Source: a virus
Reading direction: 5' to 3' (one strand)
DNA: 64,000 nucleotides
Virus record (IMG/VR): IMGVR_UViG_3300027985_000918
Location: 7,482 to 71,481 of that record
This document shows, piece by piece, positions 17,040 through 26,051 of the stretch. Positions within the stretch are counted from its first letter, which is position 1; each line of letters begins with the position of its first letter. A program made the translations under genes and the position numbers. The notes beneath the pieces are model-generated. The model worked only from the letters and a program-made list of their open reading frames with translations. It was not told the DNA's origin and ran no database searches.

Positions 17040-18805
17040 TGAAGCAGGAAACCGTGGTCGTAGACCCCAGGTCTGAGCTTGTCGGACAGAACCTTGAAGG
17101 CGTCTTGGAGATCAGCCCACTCCGTTGGGAACAGGTCCCTCCAGAGGTGCTTGAGCTGGTACACTCCAGCATCCCAAGCCATCAAGTGCAGCTCAGGTCT
17201 GCGGAAGGCGTAGTCTTCTCTCACAGGTAGGGAGAGAAGCCAGAGAGCATCCAGCTTGTCGAGAACAGCCTGGGCCTCGGAACTGAGGTTGAGATTGGGC
17301 AACCGAGACGCCATGTAAGGGTCTGGGGTGCTCTCTACTGAGTTGCCGAACACGTCCTTCGAGGAGTGGGTCTTGCAGTCCCGGTAGAGGTTCCCTGTCT
17401 CCTTGGCGTCCAGTGCCTTGAGGGCTTCGGAGTGGGCCATCCAGAAGAAGTGGTTGTGGATGGTCCAGGACTTGCCTTTGTACTGGACCATCCGCATCGC
17501 AGTGCAGTTGTTGTCACTATGCAGAAGACCGAAGACGTGACAGTCGTCCACCCACTGCTCGTAGGTCGGAGTACCCTCAGTATAGGGGGAAAGATACTCG
17601 TCCTTCTGTGTGATCCACGTCTCTTTGACCAATTTCCGGGCACCGTAGAGAGCGAGGGCACGGGAAAAGTTGTCAGACGTTACGGAGAGACCGTTGCGTT
17701 TGCTGGAGCAAGAGGATGTCCAGAACACACTAGTTCTGCTGTTGTATATGCTATTTCCCCCGTTGGTCAAATAGGCCGGGGCCCCGGGTACCAAAGAGCC
17801 TCGGTACCCTGGACCTTCCTTTACTCTTAGCCCGCTACTCATTTGTGGAGCGTCCACCCCCGTCATCCCTCTGACGGGACCACGAACCCAGGCTGAAGCC
17901 CCCCGACCGTTACTGTTGTAGATGTGTTTGGTAACTGTCCCCACGACGCTGAAGGTGCCCTTCGGGACGTCTTTAATGGCGCAGGGTAGAGGGAATTTGG
18001 GATTCGTTTTGCCGGGAGAGTCCCATACTGTGAACGAGATGCCCCAGCTCCCAACCACGTCATCAAATTGCGATGCTTGGAGCATGAAAGCATCTTGGAA
18101 AGAATACTGACTGTACCACCACTGACGGAAGGGGTGAAAAGATCCGCTCGACATGAATGTCGGGGCGCTGAACACGGCGACTGTGTTTCCACCCCCCCTA
18201 GGGGTATTGAAACCATACCCCTCCGCCACTTTGTTGCACTGGTACATGAACTGAGCGTAGAGTTGCTGTGTGATGGCACCCATCTTCGCCTCTTTCATCT
18301 GCCCGTTCACGACCGTCAGAGCGATCCCTGCCTTGCTCGTCCCCTTGGCCCCAGCGTCGTTTGCAGTCCCGTAAGGCGGGTTCATCAAGAATACTAGCCG
18401 TTTCCCAGCTTTGGCAGCCTCCTTCAGGCGCTCGTGGGCTGTGTCTGGGATCTCATTGGTGTTGTCACCTCCGAAGAACGGGAAGGGCTCTTCTGGATTC
18501 AGAAAGTCGTACTGGAAGATCTCGGCACCGGGGTTGTACCCCTGGTCCTTGATCACCTGCACATCGTTCGGTTCCAGTGTCGAGATCAACAGGTCTGCGA
18601 ACTGGTAGTCTCGGGTCAGGTTTCCGGTGCCCGCCGCAGGGTCCCACACGATGCACTCGTCCCGCCAGTTGGGGCCAAGCACTTTGTCAAGGCTTTTGTG
18701 GGCTTCAGCCACCCAGATGGCGGGGGTGAAGAAAGCCCCTTGCCTACGACGAGCATCGTCGGGGAGTTGGTCGGACGTCACGATGTTCATCGACAGGTTC
18801 CCCAT
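17036..18805 (-). CDS. N6-adenine DNA methyltransferase with C-terminal specificity region (orphan)
   Basis: GAFFTP, WDPAAGTGNL (motif I), NPPY (motif IV); start probably 18805 or 18790. Confidence 0.85.
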   Translation of the reverse strand: MGNLSMNIVTSDQLPDDARRRQGAFFTPAIWVAEAHKSLDKVLGPNWRDECIVWDPAAGTGNLTRDYQFADLLISTLEPNDVQVIKDQGYNPGAEIFQYDFLNPEEPFPFFGGDNTNEIPDTAHERLKEAAKAGKRLVFLMNPPYGTANDAGAKGTSKAGIALTVVNGQMKEAKMGAITQQLYAQFMYQCNKVAEGYGFNTPRGGGNTVAVFSAPTFMSSGSFHPFRQWWYSQYSFQDAFMLQASQFDDVVGSWGISFTVWDSPGKTNPKFPLPCAIKDVPKGTFSVVGTVTKHIYNSNGRGASAWVRGPVRGMTGVDAPQMSSGLRVKEGPGYRGSLVPGAPAYLTNGGNSIYNSRTSVFWTSSCSSKRNGLSVTSDNFSRALALYGARKLVKETWITQKDEYLSPYTEGTPTYEQWVDDCHVFGLLHSDNNCTAMRMVQYKGKSWTIHNHFFWMAHSEALKALDAKETGNLYRDCKTHSSKDVFGNSVESTPDPYMASRLPNLNLSSEAQAVLDKLDALWLLSLPVREDYAFRRPELHLMAWDAGVYQLKHLWRDLFPTEWADLQDAFKVLSDKLRPGVYDHGFLLQ

Positions 18806-18896
18806 GCCTTTACTACCAAGAAGATGTCGAGATGTTACCCCTACACTTTTTCGGGGGGCCCCGTGTTGGCTGACAGGGGTGAGCCCGGAAAAGGAC

Positions 18897-19649
18897 TCAG
18901 ATGGCGAGGGTTGCCGGGTTGATCGTCTTGCTCGGGCCCGCCGTCCCCAGAGCCTGGCTCTGGGAGCTGATACTCTGCGATACGAACTGGGCGAGCTTGG
19001 CGAGAGTCTTGGCCGAGGCGTCCGACAGCGGGACATACTGGTCGAACTTGCCCTGGTCGTGGACCGTCTTGAGGTAGGAGTTCAGGCCCCCGGCGTTGGC
19101 ACCTCCCGCCCCCACCCCGACGAGGATGGTCAGCAGACTTTCCAGACCCAGCTCGTCTCGGCGGGCTTCGTCGGTCTTCGTCCCAACCGCCGTGGGGTTG
19201 TAGGTCGAGCTGTTGTCCTCGCCGTCGGTGATGACGAAGACGATGCCATTGCAGTCGAAGTCTTCGGCCGAAAGCTGCCGGCCCATCTGGTGGCACGACC
19301 CGATGGCGTCGATGGCGGCGTCGAAGAGGGCCGTGGCGCCACCCGTGCGGAGGCCGTCGTAGTCGGCCGAGTTGACGGTCAGCAGCTCCTTGAAACCGTG
19401 GACCTCCTTCAGGTTGGAGTTGAAGGACACCACCCGCAGCAGGAGGTTGTCGGCCCGAGGGCTCTTGCGGCACGCCTCGACGATGGCCTTGACGCAGGCC
19501 TGCAGCTCCTTCTCGTAGCTGTAGACCGAGCTGGACACGTCCACGGCGATGACCACGACGGTGTACTCGGTGGCCCCGAGGTCGTCCAGCCCGACGGCGG
19601 AGAAGCCGAAGTTCGTGCCCGGAATCATGATGCTTTGGGACTCGTTCAT
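18897..19649 (-). CDS. vWA-domain protein, TerY-like
   Basis: DVSSSV MIDAS, GGATALFDA, ITDGEDN. Confidence 0.8.
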   Translation of the reverse strand: MNESQSIMIPGTNFGFSAVGLDDLGATEYTVVVIAVDVSSSVYSYEKELQACVKAIVEACRKSPRADNLLLRVVSFNSNLKEVHGFKELLTVNSADYDGLRTGGATALFDAAIDAIGSCHQMGRQLSAEDFDCNGIVFVITDGEDNSSTYNPTAVGTKTDEARRDELGLESLLTILVGVGAGGANAGGLNSYLKTVHDQGKFDQYVPLSDASAKTLAKLAQFVSQSISSQSQALGTAGPSKTINPATLAI

Positions 19650-19730
19650 CGTTTTTTCCTCGCAGGGGGTTCCACAGTACCCCCGCAGCGGCCCCCGGAG
19701 TCATCCGGGGGCCTGGTTGGGGGATCAGGA

Positions 19731-20618
19731 TCAGAGGATCAGGTTCTTGGCGTCGGCGCAGGTCATGACCTGCATCCCCAGCTTCTGCATGTCGGAGAGG
19801 AAGGCATCTCCGAGGGCAGCGAAGCCGGCGACGTTGCTGGTCGTGTCGCTCAGGAGCACGATCTTGGAGGCGTAGGTGGGGTCGGAAAAGTTGTCCACGA
19901 TGTCCCGCCCCGTGTTCGCCACGCAGTGGCTCAGGGCTTCTCCGGTCAGGAAGATGATGTCCGCCTGCTCCAAGGCCTGGACGAAGCCCGTGTTGACCTG
20001 GGTCCCCGGGTCGTTGGGCTGCGGCACCTCGGCCTTGACGGCGGAGAAGTGCTCGGTGAAGGGGTTCGACCCCTTGGCGACCCAGTTCACGAACCGGACG
20101 TGCTTGCGGGTCCACTCCGTCAGGGCCTGGAAGACCGCCGGGTAGACGTTCGAGCCGGAGTTGCCGATGAGGCAGTGCTGCGGCCAGATGACGTGGGGGT
20201 AGCGCCCGCCGGCCGCCAGTGCCTGGAGGTAGTCCCGGGTGTGGGCGTGGAACGCCCGGCGCCGGACCCTGAGCTTGCGGGTGCCGATGACGTTGCCCGT
20301 CGCCGGGTCCACCGACGTGGCGACGAAGCAGTCGTTGGCACCGTCGTAGCCGATGGTGGCGAAGATCGGGGCGGGGTCGCCGTTGTCGTCGGCGTACCAG
20401 TACGGGTGTGAGATATCGATCTCGTGGTGTTGGTCGAGAGTGACGTGGATGGCGTGGAGCTTGTGGCCCACGTCTCCGATGAAGGCCGCCAGCCGCTCCA
20501 TGTCGGCCTGGCCGCCGTCCACGCACAGGTTGCCGGGGGACACCCCGAACGGGTTGCTGGAGGTTGCCGTGAAGTCGTTCTGCGGATCGATGCTGATCAG
20601 GTGGGTCTGCTTTCCCAT
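19731..20618 (-). CDS. pncA: nicotinamidase / isochorismatase-family hydrolase
   Basis: IDPQNDF, TLDQH, WPQHC, KGSNPFTEHFS, GEALSHCV. Confidence 0.8.
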   Translation of the reverse strand: MGKQTHLISIDPQNDFTATSSNPFGVSPGNLCVDGGQADMERLAAFIGDVGHKLHAIHVTLDQHHEIDISHPYWYADDNGDPAPIFATIGYDGANDCFVATSVDPATGNVIGTRKLRVRRRAFHAHTRDYLQALAAGGRYPHVIWPQHCLIGNSGSNVYPAVFQALTEWTRKHVRFVNWVAKGSNPFTEHFSAVKAEVPQPNDPGTQVNTGFVQALEQADIIFLTGEALSHCVANTGRDIVDNFSDPTYASKIVLLSDTTSNVAGFAALGDAFLSDMQKLGMQVMTCADAKNLIL

Positions 20619-20723
20619 GACGAATTCTCCGTGTCTTCGGGAGGGTTCCGACCTCCCTGGTCTGTTGGTGCTACCCGAACCTCCCGGACTGTTACCAGAT
20701 TCCGGGTCACTTTGCCCGAAACC

Positions 20724-21800
20724 CTACAGCTCCGGGAGCTGGTCGGTCAGGATTCCCTGACGCACCAGCTCCTGACGGGTGCCGTAGGTCGGGCAATTAG
20801 GGTTCATCTTGTGCCGGGTGATGCGTTCGGCCTTGCGGGCCGCCATGAGAATGTCACCCGCCAGGTGGAACGGTAGATCCCGCAGCGGGCCTGCATAGGT
20901 CGCTTCGGCGATGATGTTGTAGAGGTCGTCCTGATCCGCATCATCGTCGAACATTTCGCATGAGAACAGCAGGTTCCCTTGCGAGTCCTTGCCGACGGGC
21001 TTGGTGACGGTGTCCAGGAACCGACTCACCCTCTCGATGAGGCCGACGTGGCTGTACTCGCCCGTCTCTACGTCGATGCGGCTGTAGGTGAACGGAACTC
21101 CCGTCCAGCTCAGCAGCTCGGCTTCGTCCGAGTGGCCATCCCCTGTCCCCCAGAGGTCGGGGCTGGGGATGGCGAGGATGGTGTCCCGCAGGGCATCCGC
21201 CGCTGCGGGGAGACGCTTCATGAGACCCCAGGCGAGCTGGTAGACCTCGCCCTTCGACAGCATGGCGATGGGGTTGCTGTCCACTTCTCCGTCACCGCCC
21301 TTTTGATAGAACCGCAGCCAACGGTCCTCGCACTCATTGCCAGTGCCGTGACGCAGGCCGACCCCGGTCAGCCGGTTGAATCCCCGGCCGATGGGCGCAC
21401 GCAGACAGGACCGGATGGAGCCGAGGATGGTCGGGTCCGCCTCGATGCGAGCCTCGATCTCGGACATGTCATAGCCTGCCCGCTTGAGCGAGTCTTTCAT
21501 CTCGCCCAGCAATACCTCCCAGACCCCGCCCAAGCCGGCGTCCACCAGGGGGCAACCCAGGCCCTCAGCGAGGCGACGAGCACGGTCGCTCTGAGCATGG
21601 CTGGTAGCGAAACGGCTGTGGACCAGCGTTACGTTTTCGGGGCCGAGGGCCATGATCAGCAGCCCTGCCATCACGGCGGAGTCGATGCCTCCGGAAAGAT
21701 CCAGTTCGGCCCGATTGATGCCGGAATCCTGGTGGGCCTTACGAAGTGCGTTGACCCGGTTGTCGATGAGTCCGTTGATGTCGATGACAGGCATGTTCAC
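20724..21800 (-). CDS. nadE: NH3-dependent NAD+ synthetase
   Basis: LSGGIDSAV, GTGN..E, KGGDG, PSPDLW..DE. Confidence 0.9.
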   Translation of the reverse strand: MNMPVIDINGLIDNRVNALRKAHQDSGINRAELDLSGGIDSAVMAGLLIMALGPENVTLVHSRFATSHAQSDRARRLAEGLGCPLVDAGLGGVWEVLLGEMKDSLKRAGYDMSEIEARIEADPTILGSIRSCLRAPIGRGFNRLTGVGLRHGTGNECEDRWLRFYQKGGDGEVDSNPIAMLSKGEVYQLAWGLMKRLPAAADALRDTILAIPSPDLWGTGDGHSDEAELLSWTGVPFTYSRIDVETGEYSHVGLIERVSRFLDTVTKPVGKDSQGNLLFSCEMFDDDADQDDLYNIIAEATYAGPLRDLPFHLAGDILMAARKAERITRHKMNPNCPTYGTRQELVRQGILTDQLPEL

Positions 21801-23242
21801 TACTTCCCGTACCGCTCCAGAGCGGCGGCGGAGGTTTCCGATGAAATCCCCGCAGCGGAAGCTACTTCCGCCACCAAGGCACGAGTGAGGGGGCTGAGGT
21901 CGAGTACCGCCCCATCAAACCAGGGGTCATCCGCAGAGAGGGGGTGGAATCCCGGCAGTTCCTCTCCGAGTTGGGCAACCAGTCGCCGGATGCCGGTGTC
22001 CGACACCAGGGTGACAGGACAGCCGGGCAGGCTCGATTTGGTGCCGGCGAACTTCATCTTGGGGCCACAGCTCTCGGAGAGCTTGTAGACCGCCGAGACC
22101 CCGTTCCGGGTGTACTGCTGCCAGTCGGCAGCACACACCAGGTATCCACCGTAGCCGTACTTCCTCTGCCACGAGGGGATGCCCAGGCGGACGCACATCT
22201 TCTCATTGGTGAGAGTGCGCACGGCGGTGTATCCGTCCTCGAAGATGAAGTTGGGGGCCTTTCCCACCTTCTCCAGGATGAGAAGGAGTTGGGCGGTCTG
22301 ATCGCCACTGTCGAAGCGGACGCTGCCTTGGAACAGGTAGTCCTCCTCGATGGCCTGAGTCAGTGCTGGGATGCCTTTCCCGAAGGCGTCGTATGTGTCG
22401 AACAGGTAGCTGGGAGGGGCGGTCCGCATATCCCGGATCGCCCGGAATCCCGCTAGGTCCTCCCCCCAGCGTTGCTGGTGTTCGTGTCCGGTAGTCCCCA
22501 CCGGAGTCATACCCAAGAGGTAGGCTCCGAGAGTGTTGGATGTGGAGGTGATGCCCGCCGCCTGGCAGGCGGCAAGGGCAGCCATGTGCTGGCGTAGACA
22601 GGTAGCCGCTCTCAGGCCGACCTCGAATGCCCGGTGGGCATCTCCGTTCAGGGCCTCTACTACCCCACCCACCCGACGGGCTACCGCCTCCTGGTAGTCC
22701 GTCATGTTGACCTGTACGAAGACTTTGCCCCGGGGAATCCCGACAGCCTCGGCCAGGGCCTGGATGATGAGGGCTTCGTCCGAGCACGTGGCCTTGAACT
22801 CCCGTACCCCGTTCTGGAGGGCGGTGGCGACCTGGAGATGAAAGTTGACCATGATGAGCAGGGGTTCTAGCCAGCTCACCAGGAAACTGGGTCCCGACAC
22901 CGTGATGACGGGTTCCCCCGCATTGACCCAGGACCCCTTGGGAGCGGCCCAGATTCTCAGATCCCCACGCAGAGCCTTCTGCATGGCACTGGTCATCTCA
23001 TAGCCTTGCAGGCCCAGCCAGTGCTGCTCTGCATCCTCCAGTTCTCGGGGGCGAAGCTGGGGGACCAACGACGTGTAGTTGATGGGGACGAGGAACGGTC
23101 CACCCTTGCGGAAGCTCAATGTGAAGGTCTCTTGGCGGAGGGGGAACCCCGCCTGAGCCATGCTGAACTTGTACCCGTCGGTCAGAAGAGGGCTCCCGGA
23201 TGTCCCTTTCATGGCATTGGCGATGATTCTCTCGACGCTCAT
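21800..23242 (-). CDS. pncB: nicotinate phosphoribosyltransferase
   Basis: LLTDGYKFSM, FEVGLR, TSN, GTTGH, FDTYD, VRFDSGD, VYKL. Confidence 0.85.
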   Translation of the reverse strand: MSVERIIANAMKGTSGSPLLTDGYKFSMAQAGFPLRQETFTLSFRKGGPFLVPINYTSLVPQLRPRELEDAEQHWLGLQGYEMTSAMQKALRGDLRIWAAPKGSWVNAGEPVITVSGPSFLVSWLEPLLIMVNFHLQVATALQNGVREFKATCSDEALIIQALAEAVGIPRGKVFVQVNMTDYQEAVARRVGGVVEALNGDAHRAFEVGLRAATCLRQHMAALAACQAAGITSTSNTLGAYLLGMTPVGTTGHEHQQRWGEDLAGFRAIRDMRTAPPSYLFDTYDAFGKGIPALTQAIEEDYLFQGSVRFDSGDQTAQLLLILEKVGKAPNFIFEDGYTAVRTLTNEKMCVRLGIPSWQRKYGYGGYLVCAADWQQYTRNGVSAVYKLSESCGPKMKFAGTKSSLPGCPVTLVSDTGIRRLVAQLGEELPGFHPLSADDPWFDGAVLDLSPLTRALVAEVASAAGISSETSAAALERYGK

Positions 23243-23362
23243 GGCGGCGGCCTCCTGTTTCCAGCCCGCATACCCGGAACCGGCAGAGGTGTTACCTGGC
23301 TGGGGGCATTTTTGTCCCCCTCGGTCCGGAACTTACGGCCTAAGGGGACCGTAAGTCAACAC

Positions 23363-25915
23363 CTATTTCGCCTTTTTGATCCGGCGCCCCCGTTTCGAGG
23401 TTCGTAGATCTACGAGGTCATTGAGTTTCTTCACCAGCAGCTTGGGGATTCGGCTAATGTCTTTGTCCCAAACATAATCATCAAAGTGCGTCATCACTCC
23501 CTCTGAGCCCTGTCCGATACCAACCCCGATGACGTGGATACCGGCCTCTTTGGCAATGCGGAGTTGCCAGGGGATGACCTCCTGCCCTTCCGTAGGTTCT
23601 CCATCGGTGAGCACCAGGAGGACTCGGTGAGCCTCGTTGCGGCAGCTCAGGGACTCCAGGCCGAACTGGATGCCATCTGCCAAAGGGGTGCAACCCTTAG
23701 CTTGGATCAAGGCAAACCGATAGAGCACGTCCCTCAGCTTCTCATCGAACCTTTTGAACACGTCGTGGGTTTTGCCGGTCACCCGATGGTAGCGACCCTG
23801 GTCAGAGGGTTCTGGGAGGCTCTGAGGCGGGAGACCACCATCCCGAAACCCCGAGCACTGGACGGAGAATCCCAGCCTCTCGCATGGTTCCGTGATCGCC
23901 AGAAGCATCCGGGAGGCGTCTTCCTTTTTCCCCCGAAGTTGGACCTGTGCCTTATGCCCACAGTCAAGGCAGACCGCTTCTCCAGTGTTGAACACTCCGT
24001 GTTGTAGGTTGTAGCTCACAGTCACCTGGGTGGAACCGCACTTGATGCACCCACAGGTTCCGTCTCCCATCTCCCCGGGCACCGCCCTCTCGTAGCACAG
24101 GCTCATAGAGCTGGACTCGTCGATGACGACTGCCACTGCCATCGAGAGGTCCACCCGGGAGCTAGTGTCTTGGTAGGCCCGTTGTGGGATGGCCCCAGAC
24201 AGGATGTCCACGTAGGTATTGACCAGTAGCTTCTCGGAGAGCTTACGGCCTTTCCGCAAGCCGTGGACAGTGTCGGTCATCTCCACAGCCTTGGCGATGT
24301 TCGCCAGGCGGGAGCGGAAGTACGAGCACTCCTGTTTCACTGAGTCCAGGATCTGCCGGGCTTTCTTCAGAGCGGCTTTCCGGTCAGGTGTGTCCACCAG
24401 GCAGACGATGTCGAGACCTGGGTCCCAGGGGCGGTAAGGCTGCTCTCCCTTCAGTACGGCGCCAACTTGCTTGTCCTCCTCTGCCCGGATGGCCTGGCCA
24501 AGCGCCGAACTGCCGTCTAGCAGATCAGGATTCTTCCCAGCAAGCGCTTCCTGGAGGGCCTGGCCGGCCACCTCCTGGTGCTCTCGGTGGTCATCTGGTT
24601 GATTCGTAGTAGGACTCTCCGCCCCCCCTACGTTCCCGCCACCCGAAGAAAGGTTGAGGGGTTCTACCTGTTCTTCCTCCTCTTCGCTTCCTGGAGATCC
24701 CACCCCGCTTTCTTCCCCGGGTTCCCTCCCTTCCCCCTGGGGGGAACTCTCCTCCCCCTGCTGTTTGGGTTCTGGGTCCCACCCCTCGAATCTCGGGCCT
24801 GGGGGCTGGGCGTCCTCGATCCGCTCCTGGGAAGTTTTCGGCCTTTTCCGGTCGGTTACATCTACTTCTTGTTGATGGTTACAGGCAGTGCATGTGCAGA
24901 TGCCCTTTCCTTTGACCGTCCCTCCCTGCCCATCGGACTTGGGGCGCACGATGAGTTGGTGGGCGGGAGCCCCGCATTTCGGACATCGGATTTTTCCATC
25001 CCCGGGTTGCCCTGACTTGGCTTCTTCACTGGAGGTGTTCTGCTTACTAGCCTTGACCAGTTGGATGACGCAGTCCATTGCCACCCTCAAGTACCCCAGG
25101 TCGTCTTGGGCACTCAAGAGTATGGCCTGGTCCACCAGCGGGCGGAGGGGTCCTTGCATCACGAATTCCACCGCTGCCGGATCTTCCTCCAGGTAGCCCT
25201 GCCAGGCTTCCATTTGAGTCTCGGTGCGGTATCCCAGGCCGTAGTCCCGGAACGCCGCCGAGATGATGGTCAGCTTGTTTCGCTTGCCGCTCTCGGGGTT
25301 ACCTGAGTGTGCCCGCAGGTCCTGGAACCCTGCCGTTTCCTGCTTCAGGATGAAGTCCTGAAGATCGTGGAGGTAGGGGTCCGTTCCGGGGAACTCCACC
25401 CTTCCCAGCCGCTCAATGCGGATGTCTTCGACGATGTTGCCCCACTCTTGAAGCAACCCGTGGACCCCCTCCCAGTTCGGAATGAGGGGCCACCTAGGAA
25501 TTAGGATGCCCACTACTTCATCTACTGTCAGTGACCGACGGCAGGAGTACACCGTGTGGAACCCCTCATGGCAACCGCCACCCTGGATCCCGTACAAGAT
25601 GGAACGGGGAAGTCGGTCGGGGCAGGAGGCGACCACGATCTCTCGTTTCGGAGGTCGGTAGTCGTTGGCGGCGGTCACCCAGGCCTCCACGTCTTCTTTG
25701 GTCGGGACGCACCCAGGGTTCTGGAGGGCCCAGGCACAGCAGTTCTTTACCAGTATGCGGGACGTCCACTTGTCTACGTTGTAGAAGTAGGACCCTCTGG
25801 AGTACACGGGAGGAGCCGACGGGCCGACGATGGAAGACACCATCGCTTGGAATGTCTGCCGATACTTGGCGCCGTGGACGGTGGGGTTGCCGGGGGCGGC
25901 TTGCTTCATGGGCAC
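23363..25915 (-). CDS. large vWA protein (CobT/NorD-like partner of MoxR AAA) with Zn-ribbon inserts
   Basis: acidic linker, IDESSSM MIDAS, TPLADG, LTDGEP; several CxxC pairs. Confidence 0.75.
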   Translation of the reverse strand: MPMKQAAPGNPTVHGAKYRQTFQAMVSSIVGPSAPPVYSRGSYFYNVDKWTSRILVKNCCAWALQNPGCVPTKEDVEAWVTAANDYRPPKREIVVASCPDRLPRSILYGIQGGGCHEGFHTVYSCRRSLTVDEVVGILIPRWPLIPNWEGVHGLLQEWGNIVEDIRIERLGRVEFPGTDPYLHDLQDFILKQETAGFQDLRAHSGNPESGKRNKLTIISAAFRDYGLGYRTETQMEAWQGYLEEDPAAVEFVMQGPLRPLVDQAILLSAQDDLGYLRVAMDCVIQLVKASKQNTSSEEAKSGQPGDGKIRCPKCGAPAHQLIVRPKSDGQGGTVKGKGICTCTACNHQQEVDVTDRKRPKTSQERIEDAQPPGPRFEGWDPEPKQQGEESSPQGEGREPGEESGVGSPGSEEEEEQVEPLNLSSGGGNVGGAESPTTNQPDDHREHQEVAGQALQEALAGKNPDLLDGSSALGQAIRAEEDKQVGAVLKGEQPYRPWDPGLDIVCLVDTPDRKAALKKARQILDSVKQECSYFRSRLANIAKAVEMTDTVHGLRKGRKLSEKLLVNTYVDILSGAIPQRAYQDTSSRVDLSMAVAVVIDESSSMSLCYERAVPGEMGDGTCGCIKCGSTQVTVSYNLQHGVFNTGEAVCLDCGHKAQVQLRGKKEDASRMLLAITEPCERLGFSVQCSGFRDGGLPPQSLPEPSDQGRYHRVTGKTHDVFKRFDEKLRDVLYRFALIQAKGCTPLADGIQFGLESLSCRNEAHRVLLVLTDGEPTEGQEVIPWQLRIAKEAGIHVIGVGIGQGSEGVMTHFDDYVWDKDISRIPKLLVKKLNDLVDLRTSKRGRRIKKAK

Positions 25916-25938
25916 TCGTCTCCATCAAGGTCTTCCTC

Positions 25939-26002
25939 ACTACCCCAACAGAAGCCGGGCGTTACCCGCCTCCCGGTAACGCCCGGCTTCTGTTGGGGTA
26001 GT
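25939..26002. repeat. perfect 28-bp inverted repeat made of two divergent GGTAAC-N17-GTAG motifs
   Basis: ACTACCCCAACAGAAGCCGGGCGTTACC / 8-nt spacer / GGTAACGCCCGGCTTCTGTTGGGGTAGT. Confidence 0.9.
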
Positions 26003-26051
26003 AGATCCCGGACTAGCCTTGGATGTCTGTCCCAGGAGATGAATCATCGGC

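Noticed and set aside
8960..17196. Diversity-generating retroelement TR/VR pair
   Set aside because: The differences are mostly synonymous transitions in both directions, not adenine-specific, and no reverse transcriptase is present in the window
18806..19036. N-terminal extension of the methyltransferase given in the ORF track
   Set aside because: It overlaps the vWA gene and the GGTAAC promoter motif; the real start is likely 18805 or 18790
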